From an uncultured Thermoproteales archaeon (GTDB taxonomy: Archaea > Thermoproteota > Thermoprotei > Thermofilales > B20-G17): a stretch of 64,000 nucleotides of DNA. The DNA lies in the NCBI GenBank assembly GCA_965368245.1, contig CBDUMD010000006.1, positions 10,217 through 74,216 of the forward strand. Direction: 5' to 3'. Each line of letters opens with the position of its first letter. The stretch's first letter is position 1. Under the pieces are notes generated by a model that ran no database searches, was not told the origin of the DNA, and saw only the letters and a list, made by a program, of their open reading frames with translations. A program made the translations under genes and the position numbers. Below, piece by piece: positions 44,572 through 53,580 of this stretch.

Positions 44572-45090
44572 CTAGATTTTAGTATGACATCTGTCCTTTA
44601 GCTTTTCCTCAATCCATTGATAATATTCCTGGAGAGTTCTCCTGCTTATGGGTATTACTATGCTTAGGTGTTTCACTCTAGCTAGTTTTCTGTCAATAGT
44701 GTATATTATTGACGCTCCTAAGCTGTCTGCAAGGCTTATGAGATAGCCGTCCCATCCCTCAACTTTAAACCGTACGGCATTCTTAAGGGCAGTTATTGCA
44801 TGGTCAACTGATACATCGGATATGAGAGATGGATGCCGTAACTCAAGCGTCTTCAACAGTTCCGTTTTTGCCTGTTCCTTTTCCACTTTTAGATACCTAG
44901 TCAATATGTGGTATGCACCTATGAAACCGGTCACGGGTATTTTTGCATTTATTTCACCTAGAAAGATTTTTTCGAGAAAATCTATGGCTTCATTTTTCGC
45001 AGGGTTTTCGCAGTGACTAAGTACTATTAGACCTACATCAACCACGCCTAGAGCCCAAGCTTTGCTAGCGCCCAATACTCTAGTGCCCAT
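44572..45090 (-). CDS. vapC: PIN-domain protein (VapC-like toxin)
   Basis: Acidic PIN positions are seen in VVDVGLIV, WDGYLISLA and IYTIDRKLA. It lies immediately downstream of, and overlaps, an AbrB-type antitoxin gene. The real start is probably internal to the annotated ORF. Confidence 0.55.
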   Translation of the reverse strand: MGTRVLGASKAWALGVVDVGLIVLSHCENPAKNEAIDFLEKIFLGEINAKIPVTGFIGAYHILTRYLKVEKEQAKTELLKTLELRHPSLISDVSVDHAITALKNAVRFKVEGWDGYLISLADSLGASIIYTIDRKLARVKHLSIVIPISRRTLQEYYQWIEEKLKDRCHTKI

Positions 45091-45341
45091 TTATCCTCCC
45101 TCTCCTCCTTCTCGACGAAGCATTTTGGAGCCTTTGCTCTAAGTTCTTTAAATCTCCTCCTTACTGCATCTTCATTTACTTGGATTTTCTTCCTGACCAC
45201 TACTCGACCCTCCTCGATGACCCATTCTACGTGGTCTCCTTCCCTTATACCCAAGATTTTTCTTATAGGGCTTGGTATCACCGTCCTACCCATTTTATCT
45301 ACTTTAGTTGTGATCAAAATATTCACCATGGAATATTCCAT
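45048..45341 (-). CDS. vapB: AbrB/SpoVT-family antitoxin (VapB-like)
   Basis: A swapped-hairpin AbrB motif is present (KVDKMGRTVIPSPIRKILGIREGDHVEWVIEEGRVVVRK). Confidence 0.7.
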   Translation of the reverse strand: MEYSMVNILITTKVDKMGRTVIPSPIRKILGIREGDHVEWVIEEGRVVVRKKIQVNEDAVRRRFKELRAKAPKCFVEKEEREDKWALEYWALAKLGL

Positions 45342-45480
45342 GGTATAACATATTAATCTTACTGAATAGGTTAAGACTGGAGAAGAAGTAGCACTTCCAA
45401 TATTCTTCTAGTAGCCGGTACTCAATACATGCTACTTTAAGGTAGTAAGTTGAGGTAGATAAATTAAAATAATTATCGTA

Positions 45481-47358
45481 TCAGCTTTTTGAACTTTGGG
45501 AAAGTATCATATCAAGTATTAGAGTGGACCAGCCGAAATCTATTGTTCCTAAAGGTTCACCGGTGGCGCTGTTATAGTTCTCGTTGCACGTTGGCCCCTC
45601 AGCCATTATGTCGAGGACCTTTTCCAAGAGCATATCGGCGACCTCGTTATAGCCGTATTCTTTAAGCCCGTTAAAGACAAACCATATGGGGTTTATCCAG
45701 CTTCTTCCTCTCCAATAGCCTTTTGGATCATATTTGGGATTATCTGCGCTTACGGTTGGCAAAGGAAAGGTTGTCCAAAATTCCTTGCTGTTTAGCAGGT
45801 GTTCCACCATCTTTTTGGCTTGCGCTGGGGTTGCTATTCCAGCAAACATAGGGTAGAAGCTTGCAGGGGTTTTAACAGGGATCCTTTTATGGTCTTCCTC
45901 GTATATGTCTAGGAAAAGTCCTAGATCCTCATCCCACATGTATCGCTGTATACCTTCCCTTGTCTTCTCTGCTAGTTTCTCATAGTATGAGGCATCTTCC
46001 TCATTTCCAAGTATTCTAGATAACTTTGCTATGGTTTTTCTCTGAATATATATGAAAACATTGAGATCTATGGCCTCCACGGGAGCCATCGTGATCCTCC
46101 CGTACATAGCCTTGTATTTCTCCGGATCTTTTCGATATTTTTCTATAGCTTCATCCCATCTAACAGCATCATCCCACCCAGACTCCAGATAATCGACGTA
46201 TGATATTAGCTCGTCTCTATCGTAGTCTCTTTTATTTCTAAACCATTCATCGTACCTCATCAAGTATGGCAACACTTTTTTAACGTATTCTAGGTCTCTG
46301 GAGACTTCATATATACGATCCACCGCTATGGCTAAAACAGGTGGCTGAGTCGTCCATGGAACATAGTCATCTATACCCCACACGGCCTTACACAGCTTAC
46401 GTGAAAGGAACACCTCGTGAGGTATCCTTCCATCTTCCTGCTGGTTTAGGAAAAGGTTTAAAAGCTCGCTTTTCGCAAGTTCCACGTCATAGTTTGAAAG
46501 CACTATTGAATGGAAGCCCGAGTCCCAAAGCCAATGGTGTAGGAAAAGGTACTTTGAAGGCATAGTGAACCTATGTTTTAGTCTATCGTGCCAAGGTATC
46601 TCAACGCCGTTCAGGAGGATCACGTACCAGCAATAGTAGTAGAGTTTTTTGTATCTTTCATTCAACTGCACTTTAGGGACTTTAGAGAACAGTCTTTCAA
46701 CCTCCCTCCTCCTTTTCTCGATTAACGCATCGGGGTCCTCGTAGTATGATTCTGACTCCTCCACCGCAGTCTTCCTTGAGGGTCCACCTGTCACCACGAT
46801 TTTTATCGTGAAGGGCTGTTTCTGTTTCATGTAAAGACGATAGAATAAGCCGCCCTTCCTCCTTGATACCGCATCTACCCTAAAGTCGCCATAGACGTTC
46901 ACAAAGTATTTTTTATCATAGCTGAAGAGAAGACTTCTATCCATACTTTCCCATTCCAATTCGACAAGACTACACATCTTTTCAACAAGCCTTTCACTGA
47001 AATAGTGGAAGGGTCTCATAAACCCCTCTAAGAAGACTTCTATAGACCCCTCGTAGTCTCTGCCTTGAATTGAAAGCTTATAGAACACAGTGTCTTTGTA
47101 GACCGAGGATGTAACCGTAGCCTTAGTGTAGCGACCTTCATACGTCTCGGAGATAACATGGGGGGTCCATTTTCTGGAAACGAAAGTCAGCTGGTCCCTT
47201 CCCTTCCCCGTGAGAATTAGGGGTCTTAAAAGTGGGCGGGCATAGAAGTATTCCCCGTAAACGTAAAAGTCGATACCAGCGTCCTTAGACCATATGGATG
47301 TTATGTTACCGCAGAGGTGATATTTATCGCTTCTAGTAAGCTCATCTAGTGGACTCAT
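45481..47358 (-). CDS. GH63/GH37-clan (alpha/alpha)6 glycoside hydrolase (MGH1/trehalase-like), cytoplasmic
   Basis: Motifs present are HHWLWDSGFHSIVL, YLESGWDDAVRWD, GRSWINPIWFVFNGLKEYGY and ENYNSATGEPLGTIDFGWST. No signal peptide is visible. Confidence 0.65.
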   Translation of the reverse strand: MSPLDELTRSDKYHLCGNITSIWSKDAGIDFYVYGEYFYARPLLRPLILTGKGRDQLTFVSRKWTPHVISETYEGRYTKATVTSSVYKDTVFYKLSIQGRDYEGSIEVFLEGFMRPFHYFSERLVEKMCSLVELEWESMDRSLLFSYDKKYFVNVYGDFRVDAVSRRKGGLFYRLYMKQKQPFTIKIVVTGGPSRKTAVEESESYYEDPDALIEKRRREVERLFSKVPKVQLNERYKKLYYYCWYVILLNGVEIPWHDRLKHRFTMPSKYLFLHHWLWDSGFHSIVLSNYDVELAKSELLNLFLNQQEDGRIPHEVFLSRKLCKAVWGIDDYVPWTTQPPVLAIAVDRIYEVSRDLEYVKKVLPYLMRYDEWFRNKRDYDRDELISYVDYLESGWDDAVRWDEAIEKYRKDPEKYKAMYGRITMAPVEAIDLNVFIYIQRKTIAKLSRILGNEEDASYYEKLAEKTREGIQRYMWDEDLGLFLDIYEEDHKRIPVKTPASFYPMFAGIATPAQAKKMVEHLLNSKEFWTTFPLPTVSADNPKYDPKGYWRGRSWINPIWFVFNGLKEYGYNEVADMLLEKVLDIMAEGPTCNENYNSATGEPLGTIDFGWSTLILDMILSQSSKS

Positions 47359-47544
47359 ACTGCTCCACCGTTTTTAACGTATTCTAAAAGTCTATTACAG
47401 ATTTTTAAACTCTAACGAAACCGTTAAATGTTTGCCTTTCCTCCTGTAGTCCAAGTAACTGTATATGTATCGGCCGTTAGCGTGGCTCAACGCCTTAAAC
47501 GTTGCTCTCCATTAGGTTAGGCTCAGCGATTCCGGGAGTCCATA

Positions 47545-47552
47545 TTTATAAA
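47545..47552 (+). promoter_or_regulatory. TATA box for pcp (leaderless transcript predicted)
   Basis: TTTATAAA is centred ~27 nt upstream of the ATG at 47575, the spacing typical of archaeal leaderless mRNAs. Confidence 0.5.
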
Positions 47553-47574
47553 AGATTTTTCGGTGTTAATCTAC

Positions 47575-48231
47575 ATGCAAAAACACGCGGATAAATTCAT
47601 ACTTTTGACGGGGTTTGAGCCCTGGAATGGGGAGAAATATAATCCTACAATGGATGTTGTTGAAGAGCTTGCTGGAAGCGTTTTAAGTGGATGTAAAGTG
47701 CTTGGATACGTGCTTCCGGTGTCGTATAGGAGGGTTAAAGATACCCTTCCAGCCCTTATACTAGAGAAGAAGCCTTTAGTAGCACTTCATTTGGGTCTTG
47801 CTCCCGGTTCTCCGGTAATCTCGGTGGAGAAGGTGGCTTTAAACATAATGGCTACTGGACCCGACAGCGACGGCTATAAGCCCTCTGGTGAACCCATCTA
47901 TTCCGATGGCCCAGTAGCCTATTTTTCTACCATACCCGTGGACATGATAGTGGAGTCGCTTAGGAGAAACGGGATCCCTGCAAGAAAATCTTTCTTTGCT
48001 GGAACATTCCTCTGCAACTACGCTTTATACATCTCATTGCATACAGTAGAGATGTATGGTCTCGAAACCCTCGTTGGGTTCATGCATATACCTTATACAC
48101 CTAAGCAAGCAACAGAAAAAGCCAGTCCCACCCCTAGCATGTGCCTTCACCTTATGGTTGAAGCTGTAAAAATAGCTTTAGAAACCGCCTTAAGATACGT
48201 TGGGGAGAACAGCAACCAGGTTAAAAAATAA
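47575..48231 (+). CDS. pcp: Pyrrolidone-carboxylate peptidase (pyroglutamyl peptidase I)
   Basis: Motifs present are ILLTGFEPW, the catalytic Cys in GTFLCNYALY and His in GFMHIPY. The length is ~218 aa from the ATG at 47575. The track start GTG at 47563 is less likely. Confidence 0.85.
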   Translation: MQKHADKFILLTGFEPWNGEKYNPTMDVVEELAGSVLSGCKVLGYVLPVSYRRVKDTLPALILEKKPLVALHLGLAPGSPVISVEKVALNIMATGPDSDGYKPSGEPIYSDGPVAYFSTIPVDMIVESLRRNGIPARKSFFAGTFLCNYALYISLHTVEMYGLETLVGFMHIPYTPKQATEKASPTPSMCLHLMVEAVKIALETALRYVGENSNQVKK

Positions 48232-48241
48232 GGTTCACAGG

Positions 48242-49195
48242 TTAGTCGTCAGGGCAGGTTAATTTCTCCATTAAAACCAATTCACTCCCCCTAACTTCGT
48301 GGGGAAACTTTTCTTTAATAAAATCTTCATATATATCCTTCTCTACAAACATGTGCAACCTCTCGAAACCCTTTCTCCTTGCCCTATAGCAAACCAGGCT
48401 TAATGCTTCCGGCAGGTTCCCTAAATCATCTATCCAGAAAATAAGTCTAGCGTCCCTTCTTTTACGCCAGAGACTCTCAATAATGTACATGGCTTCATAC
48501 TTTGGGAGATATCCTTCATCGAAAACTATCCTGGTTTCTTTCAATGCGAAAATCCATCGGCTTTTAAGCCAAATAGTATACGCCGACCCTATTCTAGGGG
48601 AGATAAAATACATTTCCCTAAGTGCATTATAGTTGTCTGGAAATGGTTCCCTTTTACCCCTACCCTCCAAATTTTTACAGTGGCCTACCTTTATGATAAT
48701 GTACGTTATTTCGAAGGCCGTCTTATTTAAGCCGCATTTCCTGTAAAAGGGTATTGCATCCCTTTCAGGCCATACGCTTAAAGTGTTGCAGTGTTTTTTC
48801 ATCGCAAGTTTACGTGCCTTGTCGATTAAAGCCCTCCCAATCCCCTTTCTCCTATAATTTTTATGGATAAAAAGTATGTCGATAAAAGCTGTTTTACCTA
48901 GGACGCTCCTTTCATCCCCTATGTACAGTTCTAGTTCACCTACAATTTTTCCATCCAATTCCGCCACCAGGGGATACTGTCCCGAGGTAAGGACATAGTT
49001 CAAGTGCACAGCACATGTCTCAACGCTCATCCATGGTCCTCCATGCTCAAAACGCTCCTCCACGCTGAGCTCCTCGTATCTCGCTTCCACGCGTTCACCG
49101 TCCTCCCATTTAAACCATCTATCTATGTCTGAGCAATGAACCTCCGTTATTCCTGCGACATCGTCTAGGGTGGCTGGCCGGATTTTAAGTAACAT
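48242..49195 (-). CDS. GNAT-family N-acetyltransferase with extra C-terminal domain
   Basis: The acetyl-CoA motif is IHKNYRRKGIGRALIDKARKLA. The ATG is preceded by GGTGAT TAA, so the stop of the upstream gene lies 4 nt away. Confidence 0.7.
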   Translation of the reverse strand: MLLKIRPATLDDVAGITEVHCSDIDRWFKWEDGERVEARYEELSVEERFEHGGPWMSVETCAVHLNYVLTSGQYPLVAELDGKIVGELELYIGDERSVLGKTAFIDILFIHKNYRRKGIGRALIDKARKLAMKKHCNTLSVWPERDAIPFYRKCGLNKTAFEITYIIIKVGHCKNLEGRGKREPFPDNYNALREMYFISPRIGSAYTIWLKSRWIFALKETRIVFDEGYLPKYEAMYIIESLWRKRRDARLIFWIDDLGNLPEALSLVCYRARRKGFERLHMFVEKDIYEDFIKEKFPHEVRGSELVLMEKLTCPDD

Positions 49196-49199
49196 TTAA

Positions 49200-50969
49200 T
49201 CACCCCTTATCTTGGAAAGCAAACGATAGATCGACTATATTGCTTCGAGTTAAAGTTCTATTGAATATTCTATGTAGCAGTGAGGACTTCAACTCGAGGA
49301 GTAAGGTGGCTAGGAACGCTAGCCCAGCCAAGAATTCTCCTATTCCAGGGGAAACCGGGATCCATCTACCTATAAACGCTACCAGGGATCCCTCCACAAA
49401 CAATGTCACCAAGCTTAGCGCCGAGATTAGGATGGGTCTTTTGAGATAGAGGCCTATACCCGCCACTGCCGCAACTGTTAAAACGAAATAGGGGAACAGG
49501 TTTAACAGTCCCAGGTATACCCCGTACCTTTCAATGAACTCCGGGAGCGAGATCTCAAACCTATCTTTCAACACCAGGAACGGTGTAAATAAACTGATTA
49601 TATAAAATAAATAGGCCGTTAGATGTAGCGCGTCTTCAACATTTCGTTTAATCACCTTAGAGAAGCATTGAGTGAAGAGGATTATAATAATTATTAAATG
49701 TAGTATTATTGTTGGTCCTCCCCTGTTAAATATTGAGGTGGACTGTAGAAAACCTTCCGAACCAGCCTCCACATACATGTTGAGCGGAAAAAGGATAGGC
49801 AACGAAAAATCCAGGAGGAAACCTTTATTTAGATTAAGGTTCATCCAAGGGAAACCTTTTAGAGCTGGCCTAAAGTAGAGGTTAAACCCTACATATTTTG
49901 GAGATGTACACTCTATTTTAAAGAACAAGGGATCCCTGTTTACTGTCCAATGTAGTTTACCGACCTCCTCACCGTAAAACACTTGCTTAAGAAAATTTAT
50001 TGCTTGACCCAGCCAGCCGGGATACTCTCTAAAATGGTTCCAATTAGCAGCGATATGTAGTATTTTTACCTGCGATCCGATATCAGCGTAAGTTGAATGC
50101 AGGGACTCGAGTGTAAAGAATTCATCGTTGGATGAGAATAGGATTAGTATAGGGCAGGTTATGTTCCGAGCATAATGTAAAGGATCAATGTATTCAACTA
50201 CTTTCACTAGCTTCTCCAAAGACTCATCTAAAGGTATCATGGTGTTAGCTAATCCTCCGGCTCTCACAATGTGGATAAAATCGCCTGAAGCAACTATAGG
50301 TATAGCCGCTTTAACCCTGCGGTCTGTAGCAGCCACAAGGTAGCTTACAACACCTCCCATGGAAGCCCCTGAAATAGCCAACTTCCCTGGATCCACCAGT
50401 CCGCTTTCCCCTAGAACTGTTAAACCTCTCCGTGCAGCAGATACTACAAGATAGAACAAGAGCGATTCAGCTCCCTCGCTCATATTCGCCACACTATAAG
50501 GTGAAGGACGGGGACCCTCAGACCTACCGTGCCCCGGAGCGTCTATAGCCAACACTACGAAATTTTCCTTGGCTACCGCTAAAGCATATCCCATCATGCT
50601 TTCATGGGTTCCACCATATCCATGAACTAGAACAACCCCCGGAAGTCCTTTAACATCTTTAGGATACACCATGACGGCATAAACCTTAAGCATCCGTCCT
50701 GAAAATACGGCTCCATTATAGGTGATTTCACGTATCACAAGTTTTCTTCCATTGTACTCTAAGCTTTTTTCAGATAGAATATTGACGCCTAGGTTGACGT
50801 AGGGGTCAAAGTTTCTCCAAAAACTGTGGTCCCAGACTATTTTCACAGATGGATACTGTTTGAAGCCCGGATTAGTTAAATGCCACACAACTAGGGCAAG
50901 ATAAATGGAGGTTAATGCCGCTAAAATTATTCCCGAGGCTAGTTTCAAATATTTTTTGCGTCTATACAT
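49200..50969 (-). CDS. Alpha/beta hydrolase (S9/dienelactone-hydrolase-like) fused to a C-terminal multi-TM domain
   Basis: It has an N-terminal TM helix and an oxyanion-region HGYGG. The nucleophile elbow is GASMGG. About 6 further hydrophobic helices follow in the last ~200 aa. Confidence 0.65.
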   Translation of the reverse strand: MYRRKKYLKLASGIILAALTSIYLALVVWHLTNPGFKQYPSVKIVWDHSFWRNFDPYVNLGVNILSEKSLEYNGRKLVIREITYNGAVFSGRMLKVYAVMVYPKDVKGLPGVVLVHGYGGTHESMMGYALAVAKENFVVLAIDAPGHGRSEGPRPSPYSVANMSEGAESLLFYLVVSAARRGLTVLGESGLVDPGKLAISGASMGGVVSYLVAATDRRVKAAIPIVASGDFIHIVRAGGLANTMIPLDESLEKLVKVVEYIDPLHYARNITCPILILFSSNDEFFTLESLHSTYADIGSQVKILHIAANWNHFREYPGWLGQAINFLKQVFYGEEVGKLHWTVNRDPLFFKIECTSPKYVGFNLYFRPALKGFPWMNLNLNKGFLLDFSLPILFPLNMYVEAGSEGFLQSTSIFNRGGPTIILHLIIIIILFTQCFSKVIKRNVEDALHLTAYLFYIISLFTPFLVLKDRFEISLPEFIERYGVYLGLLNLFPYFVLTVAAVAGIGLYLKRPILISALSLVTLFVEGSLVAFIGRWIPVSPGIGEFLAGLAFLATLLLELKSSLLHRIFNRTLTRSNIVDLSFAFQDKG

Positions 50970-51045
50970 GGTGTTTAATATTTAATATATAATGAATTTA
51001 AATAATAACTGTTCATTCCATGTATACTTAAAGGGAGGAGAAGTT

Positions 51046-51756
51046 ATGGTCTTGTTACCAAGGGAATTTCTGGAATGGAACTACTTTGCGAGACGTAAGC
51101 TTCTAGAAGAAACACTACTAGGGGGAATAAAAGACGTTAACAGGTTTTTCCTAGAGTTTACCCGACATAACCCGGTTCTCTGTACCGCCGCAATTGGAGA
51201 AGATGGAGTAATTGAGGTTAATGGAAAAGTAGTTGGTATAGGCTATGTGGTTAAAGAAAAGTATCTTGGGGAAGTTATAAGGGAGTTTGAGGAGCATTTA
51301 AGGGCAACCGACGAGAAGTATGTCGAGTGTCGTGGTGATAAAGTAAAGCTAAATGAACTTTATAAGGAGCATTCAAGAAGAGGTTTGAAATTACTGCTAA
51401 AGAATATTTATCTCGAGCGAGAGAAAGCAGAAGAGAAAATGGATTTCGAGAAACTTGCCACAATAGAATTAGCCCTTAGGATCCCCCATTCATCAAAACA
51501 CACATGGAACCTCGTTAAGAAATCCAGTAAAGCCTGTCTTGTATTCTTCCAGCCGCCCTCAGTAAGCTTTGAAATTAAAGGTGAGATAAGTATACATCTA
51601 GATGATAAATATCATAAATACGTTAACCTGGTGCACGACGCCTATCATTACACTCCTCCAGAGAAAAGGGGAAACCGGCCAGTATACATATTCCATGTAA
51701 GTGAAATATATGATAACAGTCCCACGCCCCGAGGCTTCGGCAGAAAAATAACCTGA
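51046..51756 (+). CDS. Hypothetical protein
   Basis: The ORF has GGGAGGAG 6 nt before the ATG at 51046. The track start at 50992 lacks an RBS. No family was recognised with confidence. Confidence 0.45.
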   Translation: MVLLPREFLEWNYFARRKLLEETLLGGIKDVNRFFLEFTRHNPVLCTAAIGEDGVIEVNGKVVGIGYVVKEKYLGEVIREFEEHLRATDEKYVECRGDKVKLNELYKEHSRRGLKLLLKNIYLEREKAEEKMDFEKLATIELALRIPHSSKHTWNLVKKSSKACLVFFQPPSVSFEIKGEISIHLDDKYHKYVNLVHDAYHYTPPEKRGNRPVYIFHVSEIYDNSPTPRGFGRKIT

Positions 51757-51800
51757 AATTTAGTGGAAAATAACCAGTCCCCTAACCACATTGCAACAAG

Positions 51801-51810
51801 ATATTTATAT
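51801..51810 (+). promoter_or_regulatory. TATA box for the vapBC pair (leaderless)
   Basis: ATATTTATAT is centred ~26 nt upstream of the ATG at 51832. Confidence 0.45.
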
Positions 51811-51831
51811 GTGATATCACATAATTCACAT

Positions 51832-52101
51832 ATGCCAAATATTACTTTGTCTATACCAGAAGAAGTATATAGGAAGATGAAGAGGTATTCTGAAGTCAAA
51901 TGGAGTGAAGTAGCTAGAAAGGCTATTATGGAGTATCTTAGGAAACTTGAAGGAACTGTTAGTAGCGAAGAACTTCTAGAGGAACTTGGAGAAGATTTTG
52001 CTAGAGAACTTCGAGAGATAAGCCTGGAGAAAGCTGCCAACTACTATGAGAAAGCGAGGGAAGCCGAATGGAAAAGATACTCTACGATACATGCTCGTTA
52101 A
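51832..52101 (+). CDS. vapB: VapB-like antitoxin
   Basis: [36 protein letters not shown] is typical of archaeal VapB-type antitoxins. It overlaps the downstream PIN gene by 34 nt. Confidence 0.6.
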   Translation: MPNITLSIPEEVYRKMKRYSEVKWSEVARKAIMEYLRKLEGTVSSEELLEELGEDFARELREISLEKAANYYEKAREAEWKRYSTIHAR

Positions 52102-52436
52102 TAGCGAAATACAGGAAGGGTATTAGAGTCCTCGAAGGCTTTACCACAATACTAAATGTAATAGAGTTTCCTAAAGCACTTGAGGTCAAGAAACTTATGA
52201 TAATATATCCCAGTACTGAAGATTATAGGCTAGCAATATTACTATCAAAGGATTTACTTAAGATGGGGAAACCCGTCCCAGCGGTGGACATAACTATTGC
52301 CGCAGTAGCCTTGAATAGAAATCTAGTGTTAGAGACAAGCGATAAACATTTCAAGATAATAAGAGAGATTAATAGAGAACTTAAGTTAAGGCTAGTGGAT
52401 GAATATAAGTGCTCCTGCACCGATGACTTTAGCTAA
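52068..52436 (+). CDS. vapC: PIN-domain toxin VapC
   Basis: PIN acidic residues are seen in [18 protein letters not shown] and LETSDKHF. It is 122 aa. Confidence 0.7.
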   Translation: MEKILYDTCSLIAKYRKGIRVLEGFTTILNVIEFPKALEVKKLMIIYPSTEDYRLAILLSKDLLKMGKPVPAVDITIAAVALNRNLVLETSDKHFKIIREINRELKLRLVDEYKCSCTDDFS

Positions 52437-52515
52437 CTAAAACATTTTAATTCCAGTAACCTCGTTTCTCTCCAGGATACTTCTATTATGAGGATGAATT
52501 ACCTTCATTATCAGG

Positions 52516-53451
52516 TTATCCTAGAGCGGTTCTAGCGATTTCCAGCATTTTTCTTACGGCGTCGACGGCGTTAACGCCGAAAACATAGACTACTGGTTCG
52601 ATGCCGTAACCTCCTTTATCTACAAGAACATCGAAGCCAGGGCCGTGACTTCTTAAAGCTTTAGAATAATCTTTGAGGGAGCGGGCTCCACCATGTTTTT
52701 TGAGGAAAACGACGTTTAGATCCAGTTTACGTAAAGCCTTCTCAACCCTTTTGTCGTATTTAATGCAGGTTATAGCTTTAAGCTTTGGGTCAATCTTTAA
52801 ACCTTCTAGAAGTATACTTGCCAAGTGTCTTGAGCCTCCAAACTCAGGCGGTGTGTAAGCTACCAACATCCCTCTGGCTTCCGTAAGTCTACCAGGAAAT
52901 GCAGCTATGTCTTTTATCGACTTTGCATTACTAACAGCCATAGCTATGTTCGTTCTTACTTCAGGTATAAATTTAAGCAAAATCCTGCTATTACTGGTGG
53001 CTAGACTCAGCGCATCCACTAAATTACGTAAGACAACGACTCGTTCACTGCTTTCTTTAACCTCCTTGGAAAAAAGTTTTTCACAGATATTACATTCACT
53101 TAACTCCGGTATACGGAATTTATGAAGTATACATATGCTTCCTGAAATCCTTTGAGATGCACAGTATCTACATATAATGGCTATAAGTTTACTTGGTCTG
53201 TAGGACCCTTGCACAAGAGCATCCGCTATTCTCCTGGCCAATCTTTCCAGCTCCTCTTCATTGAACCACTTTAAATCGCCTTTTAAAATACTCTTGTACT
53301 TTACTGCGGCTGAGGGTGTTACCTTCAGGAGACGTGCAACCCTACTTATGCTTAAACCTTTTTCCTCCACCAGGATCCTGATTATTCTGGCACGAACTTG
53401 GGGTAAAAAATAGCGTGTGACTATTTCGCATGGAGGCCTCATGTCAACCAA
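52516..53451 (-). CDS. HTH-ThiN fusion (ThiN-type thiamine-phosphate synthase family with N-terminal DNA-binding domain)
   Basis: The N-terminal HTH is GLSISRVARLLKVTPSAAVKY. The ThiN-like pattern is VRTNIAMA...AAFPGRL...FGGSRHLASILL...GGYGIEPVVYVFG. Confidence 0.55.
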   Translation of the reverse strand: MVDMRPPCEIVTRYFLPQVRARIIRILVEEKGLSISRVARLLKVTPSAAVKYKSILKGDLKWFNEEELERLARRIADALVQGSYRPSKLIAIICRYCASQRISGSICILHKFRIPELSECNICEKLFSKEVKESSERVVVLRNLVDALSLATSNSRILLKFIPEVRTNIAMAVSNAKSIKDIAAFPGRLTEARGMLVAYTPPEFGGSRHLASILLEGLKIDPKLKAITCIKYDKRVEKALRKLDLNVVFLKKHGGARSLKDYSKALRSHGPGFDVLVDKGGYGIEPVVYVFGVNAVDAVRKMLEIARTALG

Positions 53452-53580
53452 GATAAATATCTGTAAGAAGATGAAAAATTTAACGTTACAAACCTTTCCA
53501 TAAGGAGACCATGGTACATCATGTGGAAGGCGGAAACAAAGACATATATATCCAAAGATATTATAGTAGACTTGTAGAAT

